Source: Eledone cirrhosa (taxonomy: Eukaryota). From it: a DNA stretch of 64,000 nucleotides. The position numbers were made by a program, and so were the translations under genes. Where the stretch lies: positions 21,266,001 through 21,330,000 of the forward strand of contig OZ024745.1 of the NCBI GenBank assembly GCA_964016885.1, read 5' to 3'. The notes under the pieces were generated by a model, which was not told the origin of the DNA, ran no database searches, and saw only the letters and a program-made list of their open reading frames with translations. Position 1 is the first letter of the stretch. Each line of letters starts with the position of its first letter. Below are positions 1 to 13,648 of this stretch, piece by piece.

Positions 1-201
1 GCTAAACTCTGCAGCTAAGGAAGGTGTCATAAAAATAAGGGATAAATAGGGGAGATAAAAAAAATATGTGGTGTTCATAAGGAAGAGATATGCATTGTCA
101 CGGTCAATGCTTTCACAAGCTGAAGTCCCCCCTCCCTGAAAGAGAAACCCAAATGTGCGCGTCATTGTGTGTGTATGTATTTCATAAAAATATATGTATG
201 C

Positions 202-234
<33 letters not shown>

Positions 235-283
235 CGTGTGTGTGTGTATGTGTGTGAGTGTGTGCGCGTGTGCGCGTGTGTGT

Positions 284-335
<52 letters not shown>

Positions 336-574
336 TGATAATGATAATAATACACACACATTTACACACACATAATTTCTCTCTCTATATATATAATACG
401 TGGTGTGTGTCTATGTGTGTGTTTGTGTGTGTGTGTGTGTGTGTCAGGCCCTTGCTATCATCTACGAAACATTACATATCACGTGGTATTAGATTCCCAG
501 AACAAATCACACTGCATCGTCCTGACCAAAATATAATATTCACTTTTAAGGAATTTACTTCACAGTTAAGTTAT

Positions 575-645
<71 letters not shown>

Positions 646-654
646 GTGTGTGTG

Positions 655-795
655 GGTGGGGGGAGCCCCTGCACGGTCGCACTGGAAGGAGAAAACCGAG
701 GTTGACATATGTTGATGCCGTAAGGGCAGATACTGGTCTCTTTGAGACGCAGGACATGGCAGCGATGATGAGGGACAGAGACCGCTGGAGATAAC
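655..795 (+). mobile_element. RTE-clade LINE 3' fragment (ORF C-terminus)
   Basis: Translates as ..[43 protein letters not shown], matching the typical RTE ORF C-terminus. Flanked by (TA)n. Confidence 0.7.
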
Positions 796-829
796 TCATC
801 CATGGATCTCGGGAATTTTACACCCCTAG

Positions 830-863
<34 letters not shown>

Positions 864-1619
864 GTGTGTGTGTGTGTGTGTATGTGTGAACGAGAGAGAA
901 AGAGTGTATGTGTGTGTTTGTGAATGTGTGTGTATGTGTGTTTGTGTTTGTGTGTGTGTGTTTGCGAGTGTGTGTTTGTGTGTGCGTGTCTGCGTATGTG
1001 TGTATATGTGTGTGTGTGCACGCTTATGTGTGTGTGTGTTTATGTGTGTATGCATGTGTGTGTCTGTGTGTATGCGTGTGTGTGTCCTCAACTATCCAGT
1101 TTACAGCACATTAATAATTTAAAAGATGTATTGTACCTGTATTCGTACGAAACTACTGTCTTCATAAATAAAAATACTAATAGTCTCCAGATGTCAACCA
1201 ATCTTAACACAGCCATTTATTACCAGCTTCTACACGGCAAATCTGAGAAACCTTTACACCAGCAAATCAGAATACAACCATAATAACTGATGTAGTAATG
1301 CTAAATGACAACAACGTCGCAGCGAATAGGAGTAGCAGGGAATCTCAGCAATTAGAATTGCTTTACATATTGATTTTAAAATCCTTATCATATCAAAATT
1401 TGTTGCAATGTTTAATCATATTTACACGTGAAATCTTGTCTATTGTATTGCATGCAAGGTCCCGTAACTCCTGAGGGAGTCATCATGGCGCCACATTGAT
1501 ATCTAGGGTATTTTAAAACATGGCGGAGCCCAACCCTTTCCAAGTTTGAATTCAACAGATTTCTTCCAGAGAAGGATAGAAAGTGTGACGGAATGGAAAT
1601 GAGAAAGAGATATAGATGA

Positions 1620-1751
1620 AGAATCGATCCCAGTACTAGACAGCTACTTTTTATCGACCTTGAATGGATTAAAGGCAAGGTTGACCTCGACGGGATTTGA
1701 ACTCAGAGAGCAGCGAGCCCAAACGGATACTACCAGCATTCTATCCGACGC
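1620..1751 (-). mobile_element. tRNA-derived SINE family A, diverged copy
   Basis: Reverse complement has the B-box GAGTTCAAATCCC followed by the GAGGTCAACCTTGCCTTT..GGTCGATAAAA domain shared with other copies. Confidence 0.7.
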
Positions 1752-1959
1752 ATATCTTTATTGTACTAAAAGCATTTAAAAAAAAGACCTCCATCTCTGC
1801 ATGATAAATCCTTTTACTAACTGAAATTCCACCAATCAGTTTCGAACTCACAACAATCTATCATAACCATTACACCATACAACCACATCCATGCATACTT
1901 GTTTTAATTGGATCGAATCTAATAATAAGATTCCAGACCTCATTTTCTTACCGAGTGTG

Positions 1960-2170
1960 ATGGAACTCGTCAAATCGGACCAAGGAAACAATGTTTCCAT
2001 TGGTCTATCCACTGCTGATACTATCTATCAGCCGCAACTTCTGGCAGAAAGAGCAACGTGAAATAAAGTGTCTTGCTCAGCGACATAATGCATTTCTCGG
2101 TCCAGGAAACGAACTCGCAACCTTACAAATGTGAATTCAATTCTCTAACCAATAAGCTACGAGCTTTCAC
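1960..2170 (-). mobile_element. tRNA-derived SINE family B (CORE-like domain)
   Basis: GAGCAACGTGAAATAAAGTGTCTTGCTCA..GAACTC matches copies at 19840, 37545, 48270 and 58140. The 3' part is shared with 37450-37545. Confidence 0.75.
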
Positions 2171-2294
2171 TTGTTTCTGTTAATATACTAAATTCTGACC
2201 TAAACACTCGGTGATACATGTTGATGTAGGAGAGACCTGATTATATCGTTCCGAGTAAATACGGTGGAGCATTAATCCGATCTTCTAACGACAC

Positions 2295-2948
2295 TACTAA
2301 TCTATCACCTTACTATTGAATAAATGATAGACTGTACCAATCTATCAACTTACTATTGAATAAATGATAGACTGTACCAATCTATCACCTTACTAGTGAA
2401 TAAGTGATAGACTGTACTAATCTATCACCTTACGAGTGAACAAATGATAGACTGTACCAATCTACCACCTTACTATTAGATATATGATAGACTGTACTAA
2501 TCCGTTGCCTTACTATTAGTTAAATGATATACTATACCAATCTACCGTCTTACTATTGAATAAATTATAGACTGTAGCAATCTATCACCTTACTATTAGA
2601 TATATGATAGACTGTACTAATCCGTTGCCTTACTATTAGTTAAATGATATACTATACCAATCTATCGTCTTACTATTGAATAAATTATAGACTGTACCAA
2701 TCTATCACCTTACTATTAGATATATGATAGACTGTACTAATCCGTGGCCTTACTATTAGTTAAATGATATACTATACCAATCTATCGTCTTACTATTGAA
2801 TAAATTATAGACTGTACCAATCTATCACCTTACTATTAGATATATGATAGACTGTACTAATCCGTTGCCTTACTATTAGTTAAATGATATACTATACCAA
2901 TCTATCGTCTTACTATTGAATAAATTATAGACTGTACCAATCTATCGT
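2295..2948. repeat. 40-bp minisatellite (about 16 units) with 120-bp higher-order repeat
   Basis: Unit TCTATCACCTTACTATTGAATAAATGATAGACTGTACCAA. From 2461 three variants recur with a 120-bp period. Confidence 0.95.
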
Positions 2949-3231
2949 GTAACTGTTGAATCAATGACAAGAAAAAATGAATGAGAGTAAGATTGAAGGA
3001 TTATTAGTAATATAGGAGAGAAGAAAAATGACGACATTGTCATCGAATGAAAGTAACAACGGAATGAGATAGTGAATGAATTAATAGAGAACAAGATAGA
3101 GAGGAGGAAGGAAAAAATGATGACTAAGGCATTACGAATGAAGCAATAAACCAATGAAAGGATAACCATATTGAAAGAAACAGAATATTTATGTAAACGA
3201 AAGAAACTGAATGAAAACGGAAAAAGAAGAA

Positions 3232-3525
3232 AGAATACAAGCGGCTGAAATGGGGTTCCTCCAAAAAGTCTTTGGAGTAATATTACTCGCTAGAGTGCGT
3301 AGCTAGGAGATCAGAAAGTCGCTCCAGATAGAACCGCTACTTCTTCGAATTGAGAGATCATAGCTCCGATACTAACGTGGTTAGAATGTCACAGGAAAGA
3401 ATTGCTGGAAAGATTTTACGGGCAAAACCAAACGGCATTAGAGCCAGTGGAAGACCCCGAGCAAGATGGTTGGATAACATCCACGAACTTGGCTGATCTT
3501 GTTTGGTTCTGAGAGAAATCACCAA
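3232..3525 (+). mobile_element. RTE/Expander-like LINE 3' fragment, decayed
   Basis: QAAEMGFLQKVFGVILLARVRS*EIRKSLQIEPLLLRIERS, then after a frameshift RMSQERIAGKILRAKPNGIRASGRPRARWLDNIHELG. This is an RTE ORF C-terminal signature. Confidence 0.8.
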
Positions 3526-3804
3526 AAGGTATGAAGAAAATATATTAATAAAAATTGAATGAATAAACGAGCAAAATGTTAAATTTATTGAAAGAAACAA
3601 GGAACCAGTGGAAGAAAGAAATGATAAACAAGAACTGTATAACAATAAAGAAATAAGTAAATAAATGAGTGAGTGATAGGATTGAATGAATAAATAAATA
3701 ATTGATTGAATGAGTGAATGAATGAAAAATGAAAAGTAATATGATTGAAGGAATCAACCCATGGTTCGATTATGATTTTTCTATGAAGTAACGTTACTCC
3801 AGGT

Positions 3805-3960
3805 GATGAATTGGCAGAAGTGTCAGAACGATAGAATGATTTGCAGTATTTCTTTCAGCTTTCTTCTCTACAAATTCAAATCTTGTCGAGGTCAACTTTG
3901 CTTGTCATTCATTCAAGGTTGATAATAAAATTGTACCTCTCAGGTACTGGGGTCGATTCT
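3805..3960 (+). mobile_element. SINE family A, diverged copy
   Basis: TTGGCAGAA head, TTCAAATC B-box, GAGGTCAACTTTGC domain, followed by (TC)n. Confidence 0.6.
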
Positions 3961-3980
3961 TATATCTCTTTCTCACTTCT

Positions 3981-4089
<109 letters not shown>

Positions 4090-5746
4090 AAGAAATCTGT
4101 TGTATTCAGACCTTGGAAAGAAGATGAGCTCCGCCAGGTTTAAAAGATGTCCTAGAAAGAAAGACCCTATATCAATAACCCCCTCCTAGCTCAGAAGTTA
4201 TGGGGCAAGAGAAAAAAGACCGTTACTCTAAAGACCCCTCGGAGGAACCCCATTTCAGCCGCTTGTATTCCTTCTTTTCATTCAGTTTCATTCTTTTCCA
4301 TAAATATTCCGTTTCTTTCAATCCGTATATTTTTTCATTGATTTATTCGTTCATTCACAATGCGTTAGTCTCAATGTTTTCCTTCTTCTCTCAATCCTGT
4401 TCTTAATTAATTCATTCACTATCTCATTCTGCTGTTACATTCATTCGACGACCAAATCGTCATTTTCCTTCTCTCCTATATTTCTAACAGTTGGAAGAAA
4501 GAAGGAGAACGAGAAGTTAGGACAGAGATGATGATAGACAAATAAATGGAGAGTTGTGAAGAAACAATGAAGGAATAGATTATTGAATGAGGGAATAAAA
4601 ATATGGAAAGAAATGTATGATTAACTGAATTATTTGAATGGGGGAATTGAAAAATAGAGAAACGTGTGAATGAGTTGTTGTGTTAAATAATTATGTGAAT
4701 GAATAAATGAATGAAAAATTGAATGAAAAATGAATGAAAAATTGTATCAAAAATGTATGAAAAATCGAAAGAAAAATGAATGAATAAATGAAAAATTGAA
4801 TGGAAAATGAATGAAAAATTGAATGGAAAATGAATGAAAATTGAATGAAAAGGGAATGAAAAATTGAATGAAAAATTGGATGAAAAATGAAAAAATGATT
4901 GCGTGAATGAATAAATGAAAGAATGAATGGATTGAATGAGAAAATGAATAAAAAGACAGAAATGTATGAATGAATTATTTGAGTGAAAGAAAGAATAAAT
5001 AGAAAGAAATGTAATAATTAATTATTTAAAAGACTGAAAAAGTGTTAAACGCATGAATAAATTATTTGAATGAGAGAATGAACGAACTAATAAATTATTT
5101 AATTGTGAAATATGAAAAAGGAAATTTATGAATGAATGAGTTATCTGTTTTCATTCACTCATTCAAATAAGTGTAAGAAATGAATTATTTGAGCGAACAA
5201 ATGAAGAAAAAAGATGAATCTATGAAGGAATAAATTATTTGAATGAAAGAATATAAATGAAGAAGAAATAAACACACGAAAGAATTATTTTAATAAGTGA
5301 ATGAAAAACGAAGAGATAAATGATTGAATGAGTGAATTATTTGAAAGAGTGAAGGAAAAATAGTGCATGAATGAAAATATATATGAAAGAATCTTTAAAG
5401 ATGAGTGGTTGTATATATCGTTAAAAACAAACAATGAAAGAATTATTAAAATAATAATGAATGAATGAACGAATGAATTAAAGTACGATTGAATGAGTGA
5501 AATCAAGAATGAGTGAAAGAGATATATAGAAAGAATGAAACGGGAACTTAGAAGAGGTTTGAAATATAAATACCAATTTAAAAGAAATAGGGAATAAATA
5601 TGAAATTGTATGAGAATGAACGAGAAGAATGAGTGAAATTTATATATTCTTCTACAGGACTAGCACTATTTCATTCCTTAAGCTCTTACGACTGAAACAG
5701 TTCTAGTCCTGTTGAAGTCATTTCTATAATAAAATAAAATATGCAC

Positions 5747-5932
5747 TGGATTGGCAGTATCGGTAGAGGGTCGGACGCCATGCTTTTGACGCATAGAGTT
5801 ACGGCCCTTGCCATTCTGAGTTCAAATCCCGCCGAGGTTAACTTTGCCTTTCATCCTTACGGGGTCGATAAAATAAAGTACCAGTAATGTACTGGTTAAT
5901 TGCTGGCCTTGTGCCAAAAAGTAGAAACAATT
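5747..5932 (+). mobile_element. SINE family A, near full length
   Basis: TGGATTGGCAGTATCGGTAGAGGGTCGGACG..CTGAGTTCAAATCCCGCCGAGG..GGGGTCGATAAAATAAAGTACCAG..AGAAACAATT, found in more than 10 copies in the window. Confidence 0.9.
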
Positions 5933-6085
5933 ATATATATATATATATATATGTAGAAGTTATATTTAATTTGTTGGGATACAACAAGCAAATATTTTTA
6001 TAACTGATATAAAGCACTCAACAAATTATTGGAGTAAAAATACAATATATTAACAAATGGAAACTATATTTATAAAACCATATTT

Positions 6086-6148
6086 ATTTCATTATACATA
6101 TTTCAAGGACACCAAGGCAAATTATGGTGCGCTTTCATCAGATAAAAT
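6086..6148 (-). ncRNA. Type I hammerhead ribozyme (family 1, left arm)
   Basis: Mirror image of 6359-6421. Confidence 0.7.
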
Positions 6149-6358
6149 ATAATATAGATCATTTTTATAAATAAATATTGACATACCCTTAAAGAATGCG
6201 ACCATTTCTGTTGGAAGCTCCTGGATAGTGGGGTTATAAATTTATTATTAGTCTATTATAATAAAATTAGTAACCCCACCATCCAGGAGCTTCCAACAGA
6301 AATGGTCGCATTCTTTAAGGGTATGTCAATATTTATTTATAAAAATGATCTATATTAT

Positions 6359-6421
6359 ATTTTATCTGATGAAAGCGCACCATAATTTGCCATGGTGTCC
6401 TTGAAATATGTATAATGAAAT
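6359..6421 (+). ncRNA. Type I hammerhead ribozyme (family 1)
   Basis: ATTTTAT-CTGATGA-AAGCGCACCA..TGGTGTCCTT-GAAA-TATGTA-TA-ATGAAAT. Stem I 7 bp, intact core, stem II and mini stem III. Predicted cut after 6414. Confidence 0.75.
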
Positions 6422-6622
6422 AAATATGGTTTTATAAATATAGTTTCCATTTGTTAATATATTGTATATATATAGTAAAAAATTGAACGGGAACAAAACA
6501 GAGAGGCAGTACGAACAAAGGTTTATTAGTTTCATGCTCTTGAGAGTGGGGTGGCGGTGGATAGGAAAAGATTCAGGACCCCCACTGAGCACCGGCTGAG
6601 CTCCGGCCGTTTCAACAGCTAG

Positions 6623-6721
6623 CGGGTGTCTAAAAAATTGTATACACACAGGCTGTGCATTCTAATAAATATTACCTATACAGGTACTCAAAGTGTGTAT
6701 ACATTTCTGGGGACACCTTGT

Positions 6722-6722
<1 letters not shown>
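6623..6722. mobile_element. Short Tc1/mariner-type MITE remnant
   Basis: Imperfect TIRs GGGTGTCTAAAAAATTGTATACACAC / GTGTGTATACATTTCTGGGGACACC, ending in TA. Confidence 0.5.
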
Positions 6723-6807
<85 letters not shown>

Positions 6808-6889
6808 TTAATAACCACTCTCATTTTCGTCCATACATACATATATATATATATATATACATATATATGTATATATATGCTCTACGGTT

Positions 6890-6929
<40 letters not shown>

Positions 6930-6940
6930 GCATCTATCTA

Positions 6941-6975
<35 letters not shown>

Positions 6976-6986
6976 GTATATATATA

Positions 6987-7073
<87 letters not shown>

Positions 7074-7098
7074 CTATATATATATATGTATATATATA

Positions 7099-7152
<54 letters not shown>

Positions 7153-7154
7153 CC

Positions 7155-7242
<88 letters not shown>

Positions 7243-7277
7243 TGTTTTATTTTTCTCATTCATTCACATATTCATTC

Positions 7278-7356
<79 letters not shown>

Positions 7357-7388
7357 TGAATATGTGAATGAATGAGAAAAATAAAACA

Positions 7389-7488
<100 letters not shown>

Positions 7489-7799
7489 TATATATATATA
7501 TATATGAATGAATATGTGAATGAATGAGAAAAATAAAACAACATATAATGAAAAGAAATGAAATTTTGCTGGAAAATTATGTCTCAATACTACGACTGCG
7601 ACGGCGTTGGAAATATTCCTTCAGTGAATATTTCTTAAAGGGGTTCCATGTCTACGAAAGCAACACATCACTCACTGCTGTGCTGAGCTCTACTACTATT
7701 ATCAACATTACTAGTATTATCTAGATATTTCTTTTTACATGGTTCGATCGATAGTTCCGGCGGCTTGTTGTACCAGCAGTGTTTAGTTGGGAGGAGGAG

Positions 7800-9296
7800 G
7801 GTGGCGGCGGTGATTATAGTAGTGGTGGTGGTAGTGACGGTGGTGATTATAGTAGTGGTGGTTGTAGTGACGGCGGTGATTATAGTAGTGGTGGTTGTAG
7901 TGACGTCTGTGACGGTGGTGATGGTGGCGGCGGTGATTATAGTAGTGGTGGTTGTAGTGACGGCGGTGATTATAGTAGCGGTGGTTGTAGTGACGGCGGT
8001 GATTATAGTAGTGGTGGTTGTAGTGACGGTGGTGATTATAGTAGTGGTGGTTGTAGTGACGGTGGTGATTATAGTAGTGGTGGTTGTAGTGACGGCGGTG
8101 ATTATAGTAGTGGTGGTTGTAGTGACGGTGGTGATTATAGTAGTGGTGGTTGTAGTGACGGCGGTGATTATAGTAGTCGTGGTTGTAGTGACGGTGGTGA
8201 TTATAGTAGTGGTGGTTGTAGTGACGGTGGTGATTATAGTAGTGGTGGTTGTAGTGACGTCTGTGACGGTGGTGATGGTGGCGGCGGTGATTATAGTAGT
8301 GGTGGTTGTAGTGACGGTGGTGATTATAGTAGTGGTGGTTGTAGTGACGGTGGTGATTATAGTAGTGGTGGTTGTAGTGACGTCTGTGACGGTGGTGATG
8401 GTGGCAGCGGTGATTATAGTAGTGGTGGTTGTAGTGACGGTGGTGATTATAGTAGTGGTGGTTGTAGTGACGGCGGTGATTATAGTAGTGGTGGTTGTAG
8501 TGACGGCGGTGATTATAGTAGTCGTGGTTGTAGTGACGGTGGTGATTATAGTAGTGGTGGTTGTAGTGACGGTGGTGATTATAGTAGTGGTGGTTGTAGT
8601 GACGTCTGTGACGGTAGTGATGGTGGCAGCGGTGATTATAGTAGTGGTGGTTGTAGTGACGGTGGTGATTATAGTAGTGGTGGTTGTAGTGACGGTGGTG
8701 ATTATAGTAGTGGTGGTTGTAGTGACGTCTGTGACGGTGGTGATGGTGGCAGCGGTGATTATAGTAGTGGTGGTTGTAGTGACGGTGGTGATTATAGTAG
8801 TGGTGGTTGTAGTGACGGCGGTGATTATAGTAGTGGTGGTTGTAGTGACGGCGGTGATTATAGTAGTGGTGGTTGTAGTGACGGTGGTGATTATAGTAGT
8901 GGTGGTTGTAGTGACGTCTGTGACGGTGGTGATGGTGGCAGCGGTGATTATAGTAGTGGTGGTTGTAGTGACGGTGGTGATTATAGTAGTGGTGGTTGTA
9001 GTGACGGCGGTGATTATAGTAGTGGTGGTTGTAGTGACGGCGGTGATTATAGTAGTGGTGGTTGTAGTGACGGCGGTGATTATAGTAGTGGTGGTTGTAG
9101 TGACGGCGGTGAGTATAGTAGTGGTGGTTGTAGTGACGGCGGTGAGTATAGTAGTGGTGGTTGTAGTGACGTCTGTGACGGTGGTGATGGTGGCGGCGGT
9201 AATTATAGTAGTGGTGGTTGTAGTGATGGCGGTGATTATAGTAGTGGTGGTTGTAGTGACGGTGGTGATTATAGTAGTGGTGGTTGTAGTGACGTG
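7800..9296. repeat. 33-bp minisatellite with periodic 24-bp insert
   Basis: Unit GGYGGTGATTATAGTAGTGGTGGTTGTAGTGAC. GTCTGTGACGGTGGTGATGGTGGC is inserted every 3-9 units. Confidence 0.95.
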
Positions 9297-9484
9297 GCGT
9301 CTGTGATGATGGTGGCGGCGGTTGTTGGCTATGAGAGTATTAACGGCTATGGTGGTGGTGATTGTAGCGGTGATGGTTGTGGCGGTGGTGGTTGTTAGTG
9401 TAGTAATGGATGTGGTGGTGGTGGTGGTGGTGGTGGCAGTGGTAGTCGTGGTGAGAGTAGCAATGGTCGTGGTAGTGTTGTTAT

Positions 9485-10030
9485 TGTTAAACACCAGGTC
9501 AACCACAACCCGACTAACAGACCTATGATCAAAAATGTTCCATCCATGACAGTCCCGGCTCATCCTCACGTAGTGTTCTCTGGTCTATTCTAAGTGTCTA
9601 CTATTAGAACATGGTTGGGGGTAGATGTGGTTGCTATTTCTAGCAAGTTGAGTGATGAAGTAAAGATTCCCTCATTGACACGGGATAATGGTTGTTATGG
9701 TTGTTGTTGTTGTGTTTATTGTGGTTGTTATGATTGTTGTTGTGGCTGTTGTGGTTGTTGTTGCTTAAACCTAACTCAACACAGACAAACTGACCAATGA
9801 TCAAAGGCGTTCCAGCTCTGACCATCCCATCGTTTTTGTGTATCAGAGACCACCTTGCCAAATACTGTCTTCATGACAGTGGAGAACGATTTGGGGTATT
9901 TTTATTATTTGTTATTGTTAAACCCTAGGTCAGTCATGCAGGAACACAACCCATCGCCAGAGACATTCCGACTATGACCATCACACCCTATGTGCAGGAA
10001 CTAAGATGGTGGAATCAAGGGAGGTTATAT
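9485..10030. mobile_element. Three tandem fragments of an unclassified dispersed repeat
   Basis: TTAAAC..AGGTCA..GACC(T/A)ATGATCAAAGGCGTTCCAGC..GACCATC, and TGCTATTTCTAGCA(A/G)G recurs at about 13715-13905 and 52560-52700. Confidence 0.55.
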
Positions 10031-10225
10031 GGCGATTATTGTTAGTTCAGAGGATTGTCGACGGTTTGAACTGATAGTAATAGTATAGGTAGCAGTAGTA
10101 AAAGTGGTGACATTGATAATGATTGAAGTAGTATAAGTTGTGGTGGCAGTATTGGTCTATGAAGGAAAGTTAATTTTATAGTAATTTTAGTGGTGGTAGT
10201 ATAGGTGGTAGTGGTACCAGTAAGG

Positions 10226-10807
10226 TACGAGGGTCGGCTGAAACGTTCATAGGCTGACCAAGATACTCTCATGGAGTAACCAAATGAGGTTTATTTTTCA
10301 ACAGTCCCTGGAAAGAAACAATGCAGGTGTTAATAAGACTTGAAATCAATGCATGCAAGATTTCACAGCTCTAGCATCACTCCTTACCTTATTAGGTTGA
10401 AAAGTACATAAGCTGACCAAGATATTCTCATGGAATAACCAGATGAGGTTTATTTTTCAACATAGTCCCTGGAAAGAAACAATGCAGTTATTAATAAGAA
10501 GTGTTGAAATTAATTGTTTCTACTGTTGGCACAAGTCCAGCAATTACCCAGTACATTACTGGTACTTTATTTTATCGACCCCGTAAGGATGAAAGGCAAA
10601 GTTAACCTCGGCGGGATTTGAACTCAGACTGTAAAGGGACGTAACTATGCTAGAGAGCATGGCGTCCAACCCTCTACCGATACTGCCAATTCACCGCCCT
10701 TCCACTATCTTCTTTATCTAGGAGTTGAAATTAATGCATGCAAGATTCCACAGCTCTAGCATCACTCCTTCATAGTCAGTCTACGACCTTTTCAGCTGAC
10801 CCTTGTA
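10226..10807. mobile_element. Mariner-type MITE with internal duplication and nested SINE
   Basis: TA-CGAGGGTCGGCTGAAACGTTCATAGGCTGAC and GTCAGTCTACGACCTTTTCAGCTGACCCTTG-TA form TIRs with a TA TSD. Related pieces at 44214-44460 and 45105-45200. Confidence 0.8.
10512..10701 (-). mobile_element. SINE family A, full length, nested in the MITE
   Basis: Reverse complement of the family A consensus. GTTGAAATTAAT flanks it at 10503 and 10723 (possible TSD). Confidence 0.9.
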
Positions 10808-11149
10808 CAATGTGTGGTGATAAAGAGGGTAAATTTGTTTATGGTACAGGTGTTAGTTTAATAGTAGTGGTGATCAGGTGTTAGTCATGTGATAGTGGTC
10901 GTAGTAGTACTTATAGAGATACTTGAAAGATGGATGTGGGAAGTATAGGTGACAGTAGAAAGGCTGTGGTATTATAGGTTGTATTAGTATATGTTGTAGT
11001 ACTCGTGGTATATAGAGAAACTCTACTCTGAATCTAAATGTAGTATGGGTGGTAGTATGAGTAGTTGTGGTCATTATGTTGAATGTAAATGTGATGTGGT
11101 GATAGTTGTATTAGTATTAGTGGTCACTTCTTTAGTAATGGCGGTAGTA

Positions 11150-13318
11150 ATTGTTGTGGTGGTAATAGTACTAGTGTTTGTAGATGAAGGAGATAGTTGG
11201 TGGTAGTGGTGGTGGTAGTGGTGGTGGTAGTGGTGGTGGTAGTGGTGGTGGTAGTGGTGGTGGTAGTGGTGGTAATACTGGTGTTTGTAGATAAAGAAGA
11301 TAGTCAGTGGTAGTGTTTGTGGTAGTGGTGGTAATAGTTGTACTGGTGTTTGTAGATAAAGGAGATAGCCGATGGTTTGTTAGTAGTGGTGGTAGTAGTA
11401 GTGGTGGTAGTAATAGTGGTGGTGATAGTGATGGTGGTAGTAGTGGTAGTAATAGTTGTACTGTTTGTAGATAAAGGAGATAGCCGATGGTTTGTTAGTA
11501 GTGGTGGTAGTAATAGTGGTGGTGGTAGTGATGGTGGTAGTAGTGATGGTGGTAGTAGTGGTAGTAATAGTTGTACTGTTTGTAGATAAAGGAGATAGCC
11601 GATGGTTTGGTGGTAGTGGTAGTGGTAGTGGTGGCAGTAGTGGTGTTAGTAGTAGTGGTGGTAGTAGTAGTGGTCGTGTTGGTAGTAGTGGTAGTAGTAG
11701 TGGTGGTAGTGATGGTGGCAGTGGTGTTAGTAGTAGTGGTAGTGTGGTAGTAGTGGTGGTAGTAGTAATGGCGGTGGTAGTGATGGTGGTAGTAGTGGTG
11801 GTAGTGATGGTGGCAGTGGTGTTAGTAGTAGTGGTAGTAGTGGTGGTAGTAGTAATGGCGGTGGTAGTGATGGTGGTAGTGGTGGTAGTAGTAGTGGTAA
11901 GAGTGGTGGTAGTGATTCAATGTTAAAGGAAGACGTGGTGGTGATAGTGTTAGTTGTATGGCGGTATTGATGGAGAAGGAAATGGTGGTGGTGGCTGTGG
12001 TTATGTCGGCAGCTGCTGCTGATAACAGCGGAAGCCAGATATGGTTTGTAGATGGCAATGGTGGTGGTGGTGGTTGTGGTTGTGGTCGTGGTGGGGTGGG
12101 GTGTTGGTGGTGGCGCTGGCTGTTGTGGTGAGGGTGGTGTTGGGTATGATGGTGGTAGTGGTGGTGGTGGTGGTGGTGGTGGTGGTGTGGTGGTGGTGGT
12201 GATCGTCGTCGTGAAGGTAGATCTGACGTGCTGAATGTAGCTGGTTAGTGGTGTTGATGATGGTGGCGGTGTTGTTGGTGGTGGTGGTAGTGGAGGATAT
12301 GGCATGGCGGATGCTGGTCTGTTTCTGTTGTTGTTGTTGTTATTGTTGTTATTGGCAGTAATGTTGGATGTAGTGGTGAGGGTAGGGTGTTGTGACGGTG
12401 GTGGTTGCGGTGGTGGAGGTGGTGGTGGTGGGTGTTGTTGTTGGCGGCGGTAATACGCTGGTGACGGTGGTATGTTAGCTGTATGGAGGGGTTGGAGTGG
12501 GATGGGGGAGGGTGTTGTGTCGGTGGTGGTGGTGAGTGGTGTTGTTGGCGGTGGTAATACGCTGGTGACGGTGGAGGTGGTTGCGGTGGTGGTGGTGGTG
12601 GTGGGTGTTGTTGTTGGCGGCGGTAACACGCTGGTGACGGTGGAGGTGGTGGTGGTGGTGTGTAGTGGTGGGTGTTGTTGTTGGCGGCGGTAATACGCTG
12701 GTGACGGTGGAGGTGGTTGCGGTGGTGGAGGTGGTGGTGGTGGGTGTTGTTGTTGGCGGCGGTAATACGCTGGTGACGGTGGAGGTGGTTGCGGTGGTGG
12801 TGGTGGTGGTGGTGGTGGTGGTGGTGGCGTGTGTAGTGGTGGTTGTTGTTGTTGGCGGCGGTAATACGCTGGTGACGGTGGTATGTTAGCTGGAGAGGGG
12901 GGGGGGGGTAGCTTCCGTGATGGTTTCGACCGCTTTTGTGGTAAAAGGCAGATGGCTGTGATGCAAGCGTTGCTGTGATGCTGGCGGCGGCGGCGACGGC
13001 AGTGGCGGTGCTGGGGTAGGATGAGGTAAGGGGTGATTGGGATTGATTTGGTTGGTCGGGTGGGTGGGGGAGAATTAGTGGTGACGATACTGTGGTTCGG
13101 CCGTGGTTGTGGTAGTGGTAATATTGTTTACTGTTGGTGGCGGCGACGGTTCGTTGGATCTGGTGGCGGTGGTGATGTAGAAAGTGGTGGCGATGGAGGT
13201 GGTAATTGTGGTAGTTGTGGTAGTTCTGGTAGTAGTATTATTGGCAATGGTTGTGGTGGTGCTGGTAGTAGTACTATCAGTAATCGTTGTTTTGACGGAT
13301 TTGGTAATAGTGGCTACG

Positions 13319-13384
<66 letters not shown>

Positions 13385-13498
13385 TTGGTGGTGGTGGTGG
13401 TGGTGGTGGTGGTGGTGGTTGTGGTAGTGGTGGTGGTGGTAGTAGTAGTAGTGGTAGTGGTGGTGGTAGTCGTAGTAGTAGTGGTGGTGGTGGTGGTG

Positions 13499-13543
<45 letters not shown>

Positions 13544-13616
13544 ACAACGATGATGGTGTTAGTGGGGAAAGGGGGATTTGACGCGACGATGGTACTGGCA
13601 ATAAGTGTTGTTGTTG

Positions 13617-13648
<32 letters not shown>

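Larger units (their letters stand above)
5953..6466. mobile_element. Fold-back element (about 195-bp arms) carrying a hammerhead in each arm; Penelope-like/retrozyme-like
   Basis: 6041-6236 is a near-perfect reverse complement of 6271-6466. A single-arm copy lies at about 19100-19375. Confidence 0.8.

Noticed and set aside
1-150. Possible minus-strand exon after the acceptor TTTCTCTTTCAG (EGGLQLVKALTVTMHISSL*)
   Set aside because: Only a plausible acceptor; no recognisable protein similarity or partner exons.
1120-1165. GTAC..GTAC-GAAA-CTACTG-TC hammerhead-like 3' half
   Set aside because: No CUGANGA-like core upstream.
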